A stretch of 39,235 nt of DNA, taken from NCBI GenBank assembly GCA_016839815.1, contig JAEOTM010000036.1:1-39235 (forward strand). Reading direction: 5' to 3'. How positions within the stretch are numbered: the stretch's first letter is position 1; the number at the start of each line of letters is the position of its first letter. The position numbers and the translations under genes were made by a program. The notes beneath the pieces are model-generated. The model saw nothing but the letters and a program-made list of their open reading frames with translations, did not search any database and had not been told where the DNA came from. Origin of the DNA: Candidatus Hodarchaeota archaeon. GTDB lineage: Archaea > Asgardarchaeota > Heimdallarchaeia > Hodarchaeales > Hodarchaeaceae. Positions 26,736-35,491 of the stretch are shown one piece after another.

Positions 26736-27926
26736 TTATTTAAAGTACAGAAGTTCTAATACCTCTTTAACTGGAGAGGAGAGGCGATAGTAAACTTCCC
26801 TTCCTTCTTTAAAATATGAAATAATACCTGATTTTAATAAAATCTGACACTGGTATGTCAAAGACGAATCTTTAATCCCTGATCGTTCTTGGAGTTCGGA
26901 TCGTTGGATTGAACCTTCTAAATAGTCAAGAAGAATCATTTCTTCTAAAATTCCTTTCTTGGGAACCAAATCCTTCTTTATGCGCGATAATGAGCGTACG
27001 AATGATGGAGATAATTCCTTTAAGGGATTGAGGATTGGCCAATACTCTCTACTAGACTCGTCTTTATCTTCTTGAATAATTCTAGAGTTATTATCAAGAA
27101 TGAGTTTTATCGCTTTCTCAAAATTTAATCTTGAAACGACTTCTTGGAACTCTTCAAGTGAAATACGCTGAATTTGATTCCGTTCAATAATTCTCAAAGG
27201 CAATTTCCGCATCAACCAGAGGGCTAGTCCTGGAAGGCCGAACGAGAGTATACTTGCATAACGTAGTACATTCTGAGAAAGAAATCGGGAGCTTTCTATG
27301 ATAACCATCCTTTTTTCTAATATTTGTTGGATCTCAGATTGATTAGGTCTTTTAAAATGAAAAAATAGCGGTTTATGACCAAAAAGGACTAATTCCTCAC
27401 TTTTAGAACTTCTCCTTAACCAATGATCTTCAATTGTGTTTAATAATGTTACAACTACAATTTTATCATATTTTGAGCGCCGAAGAAGATCTTGAAAGGA
27501 ATCAAAAGATAAATCATCCCAGATAGGAAAGATTTCATCAAGGAAAAAGATCTGTGTCTGACTAAAATCGGTTTCTTCCCACCATTCCCAGAAGTGTTGA
27601 TCGTATTTGACGTATCGCGAATAATTAGAGCTTATTATAGTATTAATTTCGTGTGAGATAAAGCGCGCAGCTGAAGATTTTCCAATCCTTTGTGGCCCCA
27701 ATAGAGTTAATGAGAGTATTTCGTTTGGTAATGGAGTTGCATTGACCATTTGTCCAAGGAGATGACTTAATCTTTGAATCTCAGTTGTATTCACATAACA
27801 TTGAGGAAAAGATTCGAGAAAATCATCTTGGAAAATTCGATTAAGCATTTGAGAAAAATTTAATTGCTCACGCCAGTGCCGTGAGTGTTTTTTACCTTCT
27901 AGGAATAATTTTCCTGGAGAAACCAA
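26736..27926 (-). CDS. P-loop ATPase (AAA+/STAND-like) with C-terminal winged-helix domain
   Basis: Walker A GPQRIGKS, Walker B IFFLDE, I..IL..R, SFGLPG.AL, and C-terminal RSELQERSGIKDSSLTYQCQILLKSGII...KEGREVYYRL (ArsR-like wHTH). Confidence 0.75.
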   Translation of the reverse strand: MVSPGKLFLEGKKHSRHWREQLNFSQMLNRIFQDDFLESFPQCYVNTTEIQRLSHLLGQMVNATPLPNEILSLTLLGPQRIGKSSAARFISHEINTIISSNYSRYVKYDQHFWEWWEETDFSQTQIFFLDEIFPIWDDLSFDSFQDLLRRSKYDKIVVVTLLNTIEDHWLRRSSKSEELVLFGHKPLFFHFKRPNQSEIQQILEKRMVIIESSRFLSQNVLRYASILSFGLPGLALWLMRKLPLRIIERNQIQRISLEEFQEVVSRLNFEKAIKLILDNNSRIIQEDKDESSREYWPILNPLKELSPSFVRSLSRIKKDLVPKKGILEEMILLDYLEGSIQRSELQERSGIKDSSLTYQCQILLKSGIISYFKEGREVYYRLSSPVKEVLELLYFK

Positions 27927-28398
27927 AGAAGAAGCCTCTAGTATTATATGATTTTTTCGAACTATTTAAATTATTTGAATTTTATCTGTTCATTAGAAAA
28001 ACCGACGTAAATACGGAGACTTAGTTTAATGAGGAATTGTATTCTTCTATAATACATATAACCCATAATGACTAATATTCATCAATTGAAGTAATTTATA
28101 GCCTTTATGTATAGTTCTATGGCGTATAAGATATTGTTTTGGGGTATAGATTTAAAAGAATACCGAAGAGCCATTTTTCTACCAACAAATTTGATTATTG
28201 ACCTTTCAAGAGAATTATAAAATCATGTGATATCATTTGATCAAATATCGGGAAAAGTTAAGTTAGTCTTTTAGAATATTGAATATAACCTTTTTATCAC
28301 CTATATTGAGTCTTGAAAGACATAAATACTACTGTTACTAAAATAATACTACATTAAACCAAGTACATATGTCCACTTGACAATATGAGCGTAAGTAT

Positions 28399-29580
28399 AT
28401 GTTATCAAATTTATCATCTCGTTGGAAAGAAAGTAATAAATCTCTTAGACTCTTCATTCAAGAATTAGGGTCTTTAAAATTCTTCTTTTTCCTGCTGATT
28501 TTCGCTCATATACTCATTAGCATATTTTTTTTCCCAATATTTACTAGTGATTATGAAAGGAACCTTTTCTATGGTAGGGCATTCTGGAAGCATGGTTTTG
28601 GGGTATATGATATGACTCCACTTGAAATTGATCCTAATTACTCCATCGGTGATCCCACATCTGGTATCCTTTCTTATCCCAATACAACATATGATTATCC
28701 TACAATTCAGCTTCTATTTTGGGCTGGTATGGTAATACTTCCGTTTCCAGAGATTTCAGCGAGATGGATCTTATCTCTATTTGATATTTTCAATACTATT
28801 CTAATATTTGGTCTTCTGAAACAATTTAATCCATTAAAAGATGATTCTAGATCTCCGGAAATCTTTGAAGTGGGTTTCACGCTCTCCTACCTCTTGTTTG
28901 CAATTCCTTTTTCAGCGTTAGAGGGTCAATCGACTTCTATAACCATTTTTTTCTTTTTAATTTCGATAGCACTTTATTCACGCAATTACCAAATGAGTTA
29001 TCTTGCAATTGGTCTTGGATTCCATTGGAAATATGTAACATTACTTATTCTCCCATACATGCTCCTAAAAGATATCAAATCATGGAAGAGGATGTTTTCT
29101 GGGCTTTTAATTATGTTAGGGATAATAGTCTTTCTTTCATTTCCACTAATTTGGTCGCAGTTTATTTTGTCTTATTTCAGTTTTTTCGGAAACTTGAATC
29201 AATATTCAGGACAAATTCCCTCAAATCCATTATTATTGTCCAAACTATATATTTCCTCTATATTATCTACAATAATACTAATACTAGGGATATTTTCTTG
29301 GTTGAAACCGTTTTCAGATAACTTTAAGTTAACAATCAACGTTCAAGGAATAATTGAAAGGGGATATTGGGTGCCCTTACTTTTACTTCTTGCATTTTTA
29401 AAAATATATTCGACTGCATTTCCTTGGTACTGGATGTGGTTCTATGCATTGATTGTTATTCTTCCTTTAGATGACCGAAGATTATTGACAAAATTATTCG
29501 CTCTAACATTTGCATTCGGATTGATTGATTTTGTTGATATGACAGTAGGATTTGAGGCATTTTTCGGTTTCTTTTTGTAA
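28399..29580 (+). CDS. Multi-pass membrane protein, probable GT-C fold glycosyltransferase (GT87/PIG-M-like)
   Basis: About 9-10 hydrophobic segments; SD after TM1, loop YDYP, EGQ, G...K, PWY motifs. Confidence 0.55.
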   Translation: MLSNLSSRWKESNKSLRLFIQELGSLKFFFFLLIFAHILISIFFFPIFTSDYERNLFYGRAFWKHGFGVYDMTPLEIDPNYSIGDPTSGILSYPNTTYDYPTIQLLFWAGMVILPFPEISARWILSLFDIFNTILIFGLLKQFNPLKDDSRSPEIFEVGFTLSYLLFAIPFSALEGQSTSITIFFFLISIALYSRNYQMSYLAIGLGFHWKYVTLLILPYMLLKDIKSWKRMFSGLLIMLGIIVFLSFPLIWSQFILSYFSFFGNLNQYSGQIPSNPLLLSKLYISSILSTIILILGIFSWLKPFSDNFKLTINVQGIIERGYWVPLLLLLAFLKIYSTAFPWYWMWFYALIVILPLDDRRLLTKLFALTFAFGLIDFVDMTVGFEAFFGFFL

Positions 29581-29605
29581 TCGATAAGAACGCAACTTCA
29601 CTTAT

Positions 29606-30976
29606 TCATTGACTGAGATTAATACTATGCCCACGAGAAGGAAGAATAAGTGGAATATCAACAATTTCCTTATATTTTTCTGGGTTTTCGCTATGAATAG
29701 GAATTAAAATTTCTGGAGCTATTTCTTCAACAATATGTTGTAAATCTTTTCTAGGTGCATGTCCTGAAGCATGAAATTGACGAAAATCAAATTTAAATGC
29801 CTTTACCCACTCCATCATTCGATTATAGTCAATAATCCCTTCTTCAGAGAATGGATCCCCGTGTGAATAGAAATATGTCGCATTTTTCGGTTGGATGTCA
29901 ATTAAATCAGTTAGATTCCAAAAATCACAGTGAAAGATATATTTTTGATGTTCAAACCCAGGATCATTAATAATATGGATTTCAGGATCTTGGATAATTT
30001 CCTGTTCCCAACGATAGTACCTACCTTTTGGACGTTGATAAACTTCGATACTTGGATCATCAATAGAAGGAATATCCAAATTTATGTCTCGCTGTAGAAG
30101 TTTCAATAGATGTGCTTGTTTCAAATTTATTAACAATTTACGTGAGTTTTCAACAGCCGCAATGTAGAAACTTCTGAACCTATCAATATCTCGTAAGGTA
30201 TAGTTGGCAATAGCTAACCCTTTAGTATTTTGAATTGACTCTGAGACATCCTGTTGGACTTGAGGTTCATTTTGATCAAAATCTTCATCAATATTCGTAC
30301 CTTCCATTAACAAAATCTGTACCCCTTTCTCTTTTGCAATTCGAATGAAGTCAGCTGTTAGATCCTGTCTCCATCCATGTAATCTCACATCTCCTGAATA
30401 ACCAATTACTAGATCTTCTTTTCGATCCTCTAATATAAATGCATATGCTCCAGGTATTGAGTGATCTACATGAACAGGAGTAATTGTTAAACCTGAAATT
30501 TGGATTGTATCTCCTGTTCGAAAAGTTCGTACGTTTGATGGCCTTTTTTCAGAAGGAGGTCGAATATATGGTCTTCCAAAACGGGGACGAGATGTTTCCT
30601 GAACAGAGGTGAGAATAATTTTCGCTGTTTCTCCCATATAAACGGGTATGTCTTCGGATAGGAGATTGATATTCCCATAGTGATCCATATGCGCATGTGA
30701 CAAGAAGCAACCTTGGATCCTTTTTCTGTCACCTGGAAAATTCACATCAAAGTCATCAGCGTATAATCCATTGATCTTAGGAATGATATTGAACTCAAGG
30801 AAATCGGTCAATCCTTGGCTAGTTCTCGGGAGTAGAAAACCAGCATAGTAGATTCCTTCATTTTTGAAGGAACGACCAAAATCGAAAAGAACGTTAGCGT
30901 TTTCTGCTTCAAAGAGGAAACAATTTCCCCCAATTTCGTCTATACCTCCATAAGGCGTGAGTTTCATAATTTTCAT
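29606..30976 (-). CDS. Metallo-beta-lactamase / beta-CASP nuclease, RNase J-related
   Basis: YGGIDEIGGNC, SHAHMDH, VDHSIPGA, YSGD.R.HG, MEGT, HASGH, IPIH.E. Confidence 0.88.
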   Translation of the reverse strand: MKIMKLTPYGGIDEIGGNCFLFEAENANVLFDFGRSFKNEGIYYAGFLLPRTSQGLTDFLEFNIIPKINGLYADDFDVNFPGDRKRIQGCFLSHAHMDHYGNINLLSEDIPVYMGETAKIILTSVQETSRPRFGRPYIRPPSEKRPSNVRTFRTGDTIQISGLTITPVHVDHSIPGAYAFILEDRKEDLVIGYSGDVRLHGWRQDLTADFIRIAKEKGVQILLMEGTNIDEDFDQNEPQVQQDVSESIQNTKGLAIANYTLRDIDRFRSFYIAAVENSRKLLINLKQAHLLKLLQRDINLDIPSIDDPSIEVYQRPKGRYYRWEQEIIQDPEIHIINDPGFEHQKYIFHCDFWNLTDLIDIQPKNATYFYSHGDPFSEEGIIDYNRMMEWVKAFKFDFRQFHASGHAPRKDLQHIVEEIAPEILIPIHSENPEKYKEIVDIPLILPSRGHSINLSQ

Positions 30977-30983
30977 TCCAAGT

Positions 30984-31802
30984 TTATTTAATCTGAACCT
31001 CTAACATGCGTTTTTTAAATATTAATCCAAAATGATGATGTACATTAGAAACAAAACTATATGGATACCCGTATGGTCTTAAAGTCTTCTGATTCTGTAG
31101 CCATACTTTTTCTCCTAGAAATTTGTACCATTTATTAAGACGTAGAGGGAGTTCAAAGGCAAGAGGAATCATTTCTCCTTTATCCCTAACATTTTGGATG
31201 AATACAACCAGATGAGCCTCAGATGATAGGAGAGAATGTATATTTGCGAAGATTTTAACTAATTCATGTAAGAAATCCTCTTTATCTTCTATCATTCCTA
31301 AATCTAAAGGATTTTGGCCATATTGGAGATCCAGACCTTTATCTAAGCGCTCTTGCTGATTATAATCTTTTTTTTTCTTTAGGATCCTCCAATACGGAGG
31401 GGATGTAATACAGAGAGAGAATGATTCATTTTTTAATGTGGGTAAGATTTTTCGTAAATCGCCCTCATGAACAGGGAATTTAGTTCTAGATTTTGCCGTT
31501 TTCGCATATTTAGAGTATAGCTCAATTCCCCTCCCTAATCTTCCTGTATTTTCACATGCAACTAATGTCGAACCCGTTCCTAAAAACGGATCTAGAACTT
31601 TTTCACCTGGTTTTGTGAAGAATTTGATGAAATCCTCAATCATAGATGGAGGAAACGACGCAGGATGTAAATCGATCTCATGAGAAATGTCACTTGGCTT
31701 CCCATCAGCGATAAACCATGATTTTGTAAAGCGAATCCATTCTCTCCCCGAGAGAGTGTTAAGTTTATTTCGAGGATCAACATTTTCAGAATCTTTCATC
31801 AA
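30984..31802 (-). CDS. Small DNA methyltransferase, probably N4-cytosine (SPPY; motif I precedes motif IV)
   Basis: LNTLSGREW...TKSW, HPASFP, VLDPFLGTGST, GIEL, ITSPPYW. Confidence 0.85.
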   Translation of the reverse strand: MMKDSENVDPRNKLNTLSGREWIRFTKSWFIADGKPSDISHEIDLHPASFPPSMIEDFIKFFTKPGEKVLDPFLGTGSTLVACENTGRLGRGIELYSKYAKTAKSRTKFPVHEGDLRKILPTLKNESFSLCITSPPYWRILKKKKDYNQQERLDKGLDLQYGQNPLDLGMIEDKEDFLHELVKIFANIHSLLSSEAHLVVFIQNVRDKGEMIPLAFELPLRLNKWYKFLGEKVWLQNQKTLRPYGYPYSFVSNVHHHFGLIFKKRMLEVQIK

Positions 31803-31867
31803 ACTTCAATCTCACAATTCAATTTTCTAAGTTAAAAATATATAATAAAAATTTACGGTGTAAAATT

Positions 31868-32515
31868 ATGGCGAAGTTTCAGTGTATCATTTTTGACGTC
31901 GATGGAACTCTCCTTGATAATACAAATTCAATCATTGCATTATTTCAAGACATCGTTCTAAAATATCTTGGATCAGAGAAAAGTATGACCAAAAAGGAAG
32001 TATTATCCTTATGGGGACCTCCTGGGGATGAAATCTTTAGAAATGTGTTTCCACCTAATATAGTCGATGAAGCATGGACTGAATTTTTATCTAAATATCG
32101 TGAAACTCATACAAAACAAGGTTTTTTTTCTGCTAAAGAAATAGAAGCTTTTCGACAATATGTGGAGTATCTTGCGATATTTACAGGAAAGTCACGTTAT
32201 ACTAATACGATTTCACTAGAAGAACTCAAATTAACTGGTTGTTTTGACCTTATATACACTGGAAGTGATGTAGAAAATTCGAAACCTTATCCTGATGCTC
32301 TTTTTCGAATAATGGAGGATTTAAATCTTCAAAAGGAGGAAGTAATCTTTATCGGTGATAGCCATCTTGATATAATTGCTGGAAAAGCTGCTGGTGTAAC
32401 AACTGCGGGAGCTGAATGGGGTGCGGTTGAATTGGATAAACTTCATAAGAGTAATCCTGATCATACTTTTAAGACTCCAGATGAATTTTTTCAGTTTATC
32501 AAAGGTAGCTTATAA
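31868..32515 (+). CDS. HAD-superfamily phosphatase (Gph/PpaX-like)
   Basis: FDVDGTL, FTGK, KPYPD, IGDS..DI.AGK.AG. Confidence 0.92.
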   Translation: MAKFQCIIFDVDGTLLDNTNSIIALFQDIVLKYLGSEKSMTKKEVLSLWGPPGDEIFRNVFPPNIVDEAWTEFLSKYRETHTKQGFFSAKEIEAFRQYVEYLAIFTGKSRYTNTISLEELKLTGCFDLIYTGSDVENSKPYPDALFRIMEDLNLQKEEVIFIGDSHLDIIAGKAAGVTTAGAEWGAVELDKLHKSNPDHTFKTPDEFFQFIKGSL

Positions 32516-32530
32516 TGTGGTTCTGATTCT

Positions 32531-34675
32531 ATGACGAAAAGGATGATAGAATCGACCTTCCCAATCATTGATGTAAGTCGCCTTGCTATTCCAGAGCGAA
32601 GTAGCTATAAACCCATTTATCAGATATCTAAGTGGTTTGCACGACGATCCTCGTCGATTTTCCGAGCGATTCTTCTTGGCTGTGTTCTTAATCCTTCTGA
32701 CAATCTTATGAAAGAGTTTTTTAAGACAAAGGGGACATTCAAAGAAATTACAGTTCTTGATCCATTTATGGGAGGGGGAACGACTATTATAGAAGCTTTA
32801 AGACTCAATATGAAATGCATCGGAGTAGATATTAATCCTGTTGCTTGGTTTATTACTAAAACTGAAAGTATATTGGTTGATCTATCAGAACTACAAGGAG
32901 TTATTTCAAAGTGTGAAGAAGTTCTGGAAAATAATGTGAAACAGTGGTACAAGACCACCTGTCCAGAATGTATGAACTCTGCTGATATCATCTACACACA
33001 CTGGGTCAAAGTTCTGAATTGCTCAACGTGTAACCGTTCTATTCCAATGTTTCGTAACTTTCTTGTGAGTTATCTTGCTAATGATCCAATACTTCTTTGT
33101 CCCTCATGCTACGCGGTATTTCCTTCATCAAAACCTCTTAATTCTGATATAAATTGTCCTCACTGCAATGAAAAATTTAATCCAAGTATTGGCTATCGAA
33201 TGGGTAGAAAATTTCTTAAATGTCCTGATTGTGGAGATACAACTCATATTTTGTCCACTATCCAGAGAAGTAAGACTCCCCTCTCCAGTAAACCTTTCGC
33301 TATTGAAGGATTTTGTCCTCACTGCTCAATTGAGAATAGAAAGGATACCCAAATTTCCAAATCAAACTACAAATTTATCAAAAAGTTTTCAAAAAAAGAT
33401 TATGAACTCTATAATGAAGCTGAAGAGTATTGGAAAAATCATTCTAATAAATATCTCTGGCCAAAAGAAGATATCCCGATTGGTATTGCTACGAAAGTTC
33501 TTATAAATCATAATTACACAAAATGGTCTGATTTGTTTACTTCTCGTCAACTTTTAGCGTTAAGTCTTATTCTAACTCATATCGATGAGATTGATAATGA
33601 AATTCTACAAGAAATGCTCTTAGCAGCATTTCTTAACCTTTTGAATCATAACAATTGCTTCACACGCTATTCGCCCAAAGGACAGAAGGTAGAAGGGATA
33701 TTTTCTCGTCATGATTTTCATCCATTATCTACATACACTGAAAATAATGTTTGGGGAACAAGATATGGTAGAGGGACATGGATTAAATGTCTTAATAGAT
33801 TATTGAAAGGGAAACAATACAATCTCACCCCCTATAATTTTGAGTATTACATGAGTAAAGAGAAGATCGCTAAGCATCGTAAAGTTATAACTGGAAAAAT
33901 TGATGGAGTCGTGTTCAAAGGGGATATCAAGGATTTTCCTGATGATAGTAGTAATTTACTCCTGTTATGTCGTGATTCGGAGCATATTCCCTTGGTTAAA
34001 AATACAGTTGACCTATTAATCTCCGATCCTCCATATTCAGATAACGTAAATTATTCAGAATTATCTGATTTCCTATATGTTTGGATTCGCATAATACTTA
34101 GCAAGAGATATTCAATTTTCGAGTTTGTTGAGACTCCTAAACGTGAAGAGGCTATAGAAACAAAAAATCGAGAGACTGACTACTATACAAAGTTAGCAAA
34201 TATTTTCTCAAATTGTAAAATGCATCTTAAACCTGAAGGATTATTTGTTTTTACTTTTCATCATGCAAATCCTGATACGTGGTTAAAACTCGCTGATTTG
34301 CTTGAGAATTCAGGTTTTTATACAGTTAAGACTCATGCTTTGCAGAGTGAAGCTTTGAATGTATTGAATATTCAGAACAAGAAAGCTATTTCTTATGACT
34401 TGATCATCGTTTGTAGAAAGAAAGTTAAGGAAGATAAAGAAGCGCTTCCTTTGTCAGAATTTATGAGATGTCTAGAAGAAAATTTCAATAAAAAGATTAC
34501 ATATTATTCTAAGATCGGACTTTCGATACAAGCAACAAATAGGATTGTTGTTTTTTTTGGGGAATATTTTGAACTAATATCAAAAGTACAACCAGTCAGA
34601 AGGTCAATTCCCATGTCAAAACTCGAAATATGGAAAAGTTGTAAAGACCTTCTTTCCTCTCGAATACTTACCTGA
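32531..34675 (+). CDS. DUF1156/COG1743-type adenine-specific DNA methyltransferase with Zn-ribbon insertion
   Basis: KWFARRSSSIFRAILL, VLDPFMGGGT, GVDINPVA, six CxxC pairs, LFTSRQL, ISDPPYSDNVNYSELSDF.YVW, FTFHH. Confidence 0.88.
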   Translation: MTKRMIESTFPIIDVSRLAIPERSSYKPIYQISKWFARRSSSIFRAILLGCVLNPSDNLMKEFFKTKGTFKEITVLDPFMGGGTTIIEALRLNMKCIGVDINPVAWFITKTESILVDLSELQGVISKCEEVLENNVKQWYKTTCPECMNSADIIYTHWVKVLNCSTCNRSIPMFRNFLVSYLANDPILLCPSCYAVFPSSKPLNSDINCPHCNEKFNPSIGYRMGRKFLKCPDCGDTTHILSTIQRSKTPLSSKPFAIEGFCPHCSIENRKDTQISKSNYKFIKKFSKKDYELYNEAEEYWKNHSNKYLWPKEDIPIGIATKVLINHNYTKWSDLFTSRQLLALSLILTHIDEIDNEILQEMLLAAFLNLLNHNNCFTRYSPKGQKVEGIFSRHDFHPLSTYTENNVWGTRYGRGTWIKCLNRLLKGKQYNLTPYNFEYYMSKEKIAKHRKVITGKIDGVVFKGDIKDFPDDSSNLLLLCRDSEHIPLVKNTVDLLISDPPYSDNVNYSELSDFLYVWIRIILSKRYSIFEFVETPKREEAIETKNRETDYYTKLANIFSNCKMHLKPEGLFVFTFHHANPDTWLKLADLLENSGFYTVKTHALQSEALNVLNIQNKKAISYDLIIVCRKKVKEDKEALPLSEFMRCLEENFNKKITYYSKIGLSIQATNRIVVFFGEYFELISKVQPVRRSIPMSKLEIWKSCKDLLSSRILT

Positions 34676-34681
34676 TTTTGA

Positions 34682-35458
34682 GTGTATAGCATGAAATCCG
34701 AATCGAAATACAAGTTAGTTATAGGAGATGTTAATGAAACATTGCCAGCTATAGCTAAGGATCGATTCTTTGATTTAATAATTGCCGATCCTCCATTTGG
34801 GATTTCTTTTAGTAAATCCTCACACGAATATGGAGCTGATGACTATCACTTGTATAATGATGATTTTACACCTGATTCATATTATGAATTCTCTAAAAAG
34901 TGGGTTCAAAATAGTTACAATGCTCTTAATCCCAACGGCAGTCTTTATATTATCTCTGGATGGACAAATCTTCAGTATATTCTAAATGCACTCGAAACTA
35001 CTGATTTTCACACGTTAAATCATGCAATCTGGCATTTTTCCTGGGGAGTGTACACTAAACGTCGTTTTGTTACGAGCCATTATCATATCTTGTTGTTAGT
35101 AAAAAACCGTAAAAAATATCAGTTCGTAAAACAGAAACATTACGATGAAGATGTCTTTTTTTGGAAGGAATATAATAGAGGGAATGATCCACATCGAATC
35201 AAAGGACACCCCTGTCAGCTTCCTATTGTCCTTCTTGAAAAGCTAATTCTTACATCGAGTTCTGCAGGTGATCTAGTTGGAGATGTATTTTCTGGCTCTG
35301 GAGGAACAATATTAGCTGCACGCAGGACTGGAAGAGATGTTATTGGGTTTGAATTGAGAGAAGAATACAAAAAAATTATCGAAGAGAAAGCTCTGTTTGG
35401 TAAGTCCCTAATTAAGGAGTTTCAGAATACAACACTAGATAAATTTCTAGATAAATAA
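34682..35458 (+). CDS. Beta-class amino (N6A/N4C) DNA methyltransferase; likely start ATG 34691
   Basis: DLIIADPPF, L.PNGSLYI, HPCQLP..LLEKLI, DVFSGSG, GFEL. Confidence 0.9.
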   Translation: MYSMKSESKYKLVIGDVNETLPAIAKDRFFDLIIADPPFGISFSKSSHEYGADDYHLYNDDFTPDSYYEFSKKWVQNSYNALNPNGSLYIISGWTNLQYILNALETTDFHTLNHAIWHFSWGVYTKRRFVTSHYHILLLVKNRKKYQFVKQKHYDEDVFFWKEYNRGNDPHRIKGHPCQLPIVLLEKLILTSSSAGDLVGDVFSGSGGTILAARRTGRDVIGFELREEYKKIIEEKALFGKSLIKEFQNTTLDKFLDK

Positions 35459-35491
35459 CCATTTCTTACTCCTTTCTCAGAATGGAGTGTG

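Noticed and set aside
27927-28398. Replication origin
   Set aside because: AT-rich and next to an ATPase-wHTH, but no repeated ORB-like boxes with G-strings could be seen; kept only as a low-interest lead.
2313-34985. Many short ORFs (60-133 aa) in the track overlapping larger genes, e.g. 2313, 3225, 7371, 9242, 10473, 13855, 14481, 22697, 24176, 26088, 32620, 33168
   Set aside because: They are antisense or alternate-frame shadows of well-supported genes and carry no motifs of their own.
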